DNA of 34,722 bases from the NCBI RefSeq assembly GCF_001194135.2, contig NC_068982.1, positions 62,730,703-62,765,424 on the forward strand, written 5' to 3'. Positions 34,562 through 34,722 of this stretch are shown piece by piece. Each line of letters opens with the position of its first letter. The stretch's first letter is position 1. The notes under the pieces were generated by a model that saw only the letters and a program-made list of their open reading frames with translations, was not told the DNA's origin and did not search any database. This DNA is from Octopus bimaculoides (Eukaryota). Made by a program: the position numbers and the translations under genes.

Positions 34562-34638
34562 TTCTGGAGATATCTATCAACTGTAACGAGGTAAATACAA
34601 ATTTACCCCAGCTTGATATACTGAAACAGCTGTAAACA
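34562..34638 (+). ncRNA. Decayed hammerhead-like motif with extended helix II
   Basis: CTGGAGA ... TATCAA-CTG...GGTAAAT(ACAA)ATTTACC...CAG-C-TTGATA ... GAA-ACAGCTGT-A. Confidence 0.45.
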
Positions 34639-34722
34639 TACTCTCATCTCAATTAAATAACGACCAATGATCCACCTACCGTAAATTGCTCCATTTCTTA
34701 TCATCTCTCTCTCTCTCTCTCT

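Larger units (their letters stand above)
33175..34700 (+). mobile_element. 5'-truncated Penelope-like element: GIY-YIG C-terminus, 3' region, pLTR
   Basis: NSTGLSSNILELKDKNINYSLEWCILAKTSSYNINNNRCDLCVNEKFYIL...LLNKRHE...CLHK (stop 33413) fits the PLE tail ST.LS..IW.LK....Y.I.W.I.......Y......C.LC..EK..I......LNKR.E....C.H. Confidence 0.8.

Overview
AT-rich, microsatellite-dense eukaryotic DNA with seven N gaps. Its repeat content (tRNA-derived SINE families, mariners, RTE and Penelope-like relics) looks like an octopus/coleoid genome; this is inferred from family recognition, not from a search. No rRNA, true tRNA, CRISPR or prokaryotic features are supported, and most supplied ORFs are microsatellite or N-gap artefacts. 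Well-supported content: a full-length 1,284-bp DD34D mariner inserted at a TA inside an older mariner, a mariner derivative built from two 5' ends, about 15 SINE copies in four families, an RTE-type 3' end with three C2H2 fingers, and Tigger/pogo and CRE-like relics. There are also three Penelope-like relics, each with an inverted terminal segment and a decayed minimal hammerhead-ribozyme motif. The best host-gene candidate is on the minus strand. A promoter-like first exon (24810-24835) splices in phase across a ~24-kb intron to exon 756-863, giving MRSDVLSTLLCLSLILYASLFSEIATG|QYWPKPSRTELASCCTV: a signal peptide, an N-terminal Gln and a CC motif in CC-chemokine-like position. This gene model is unverified.
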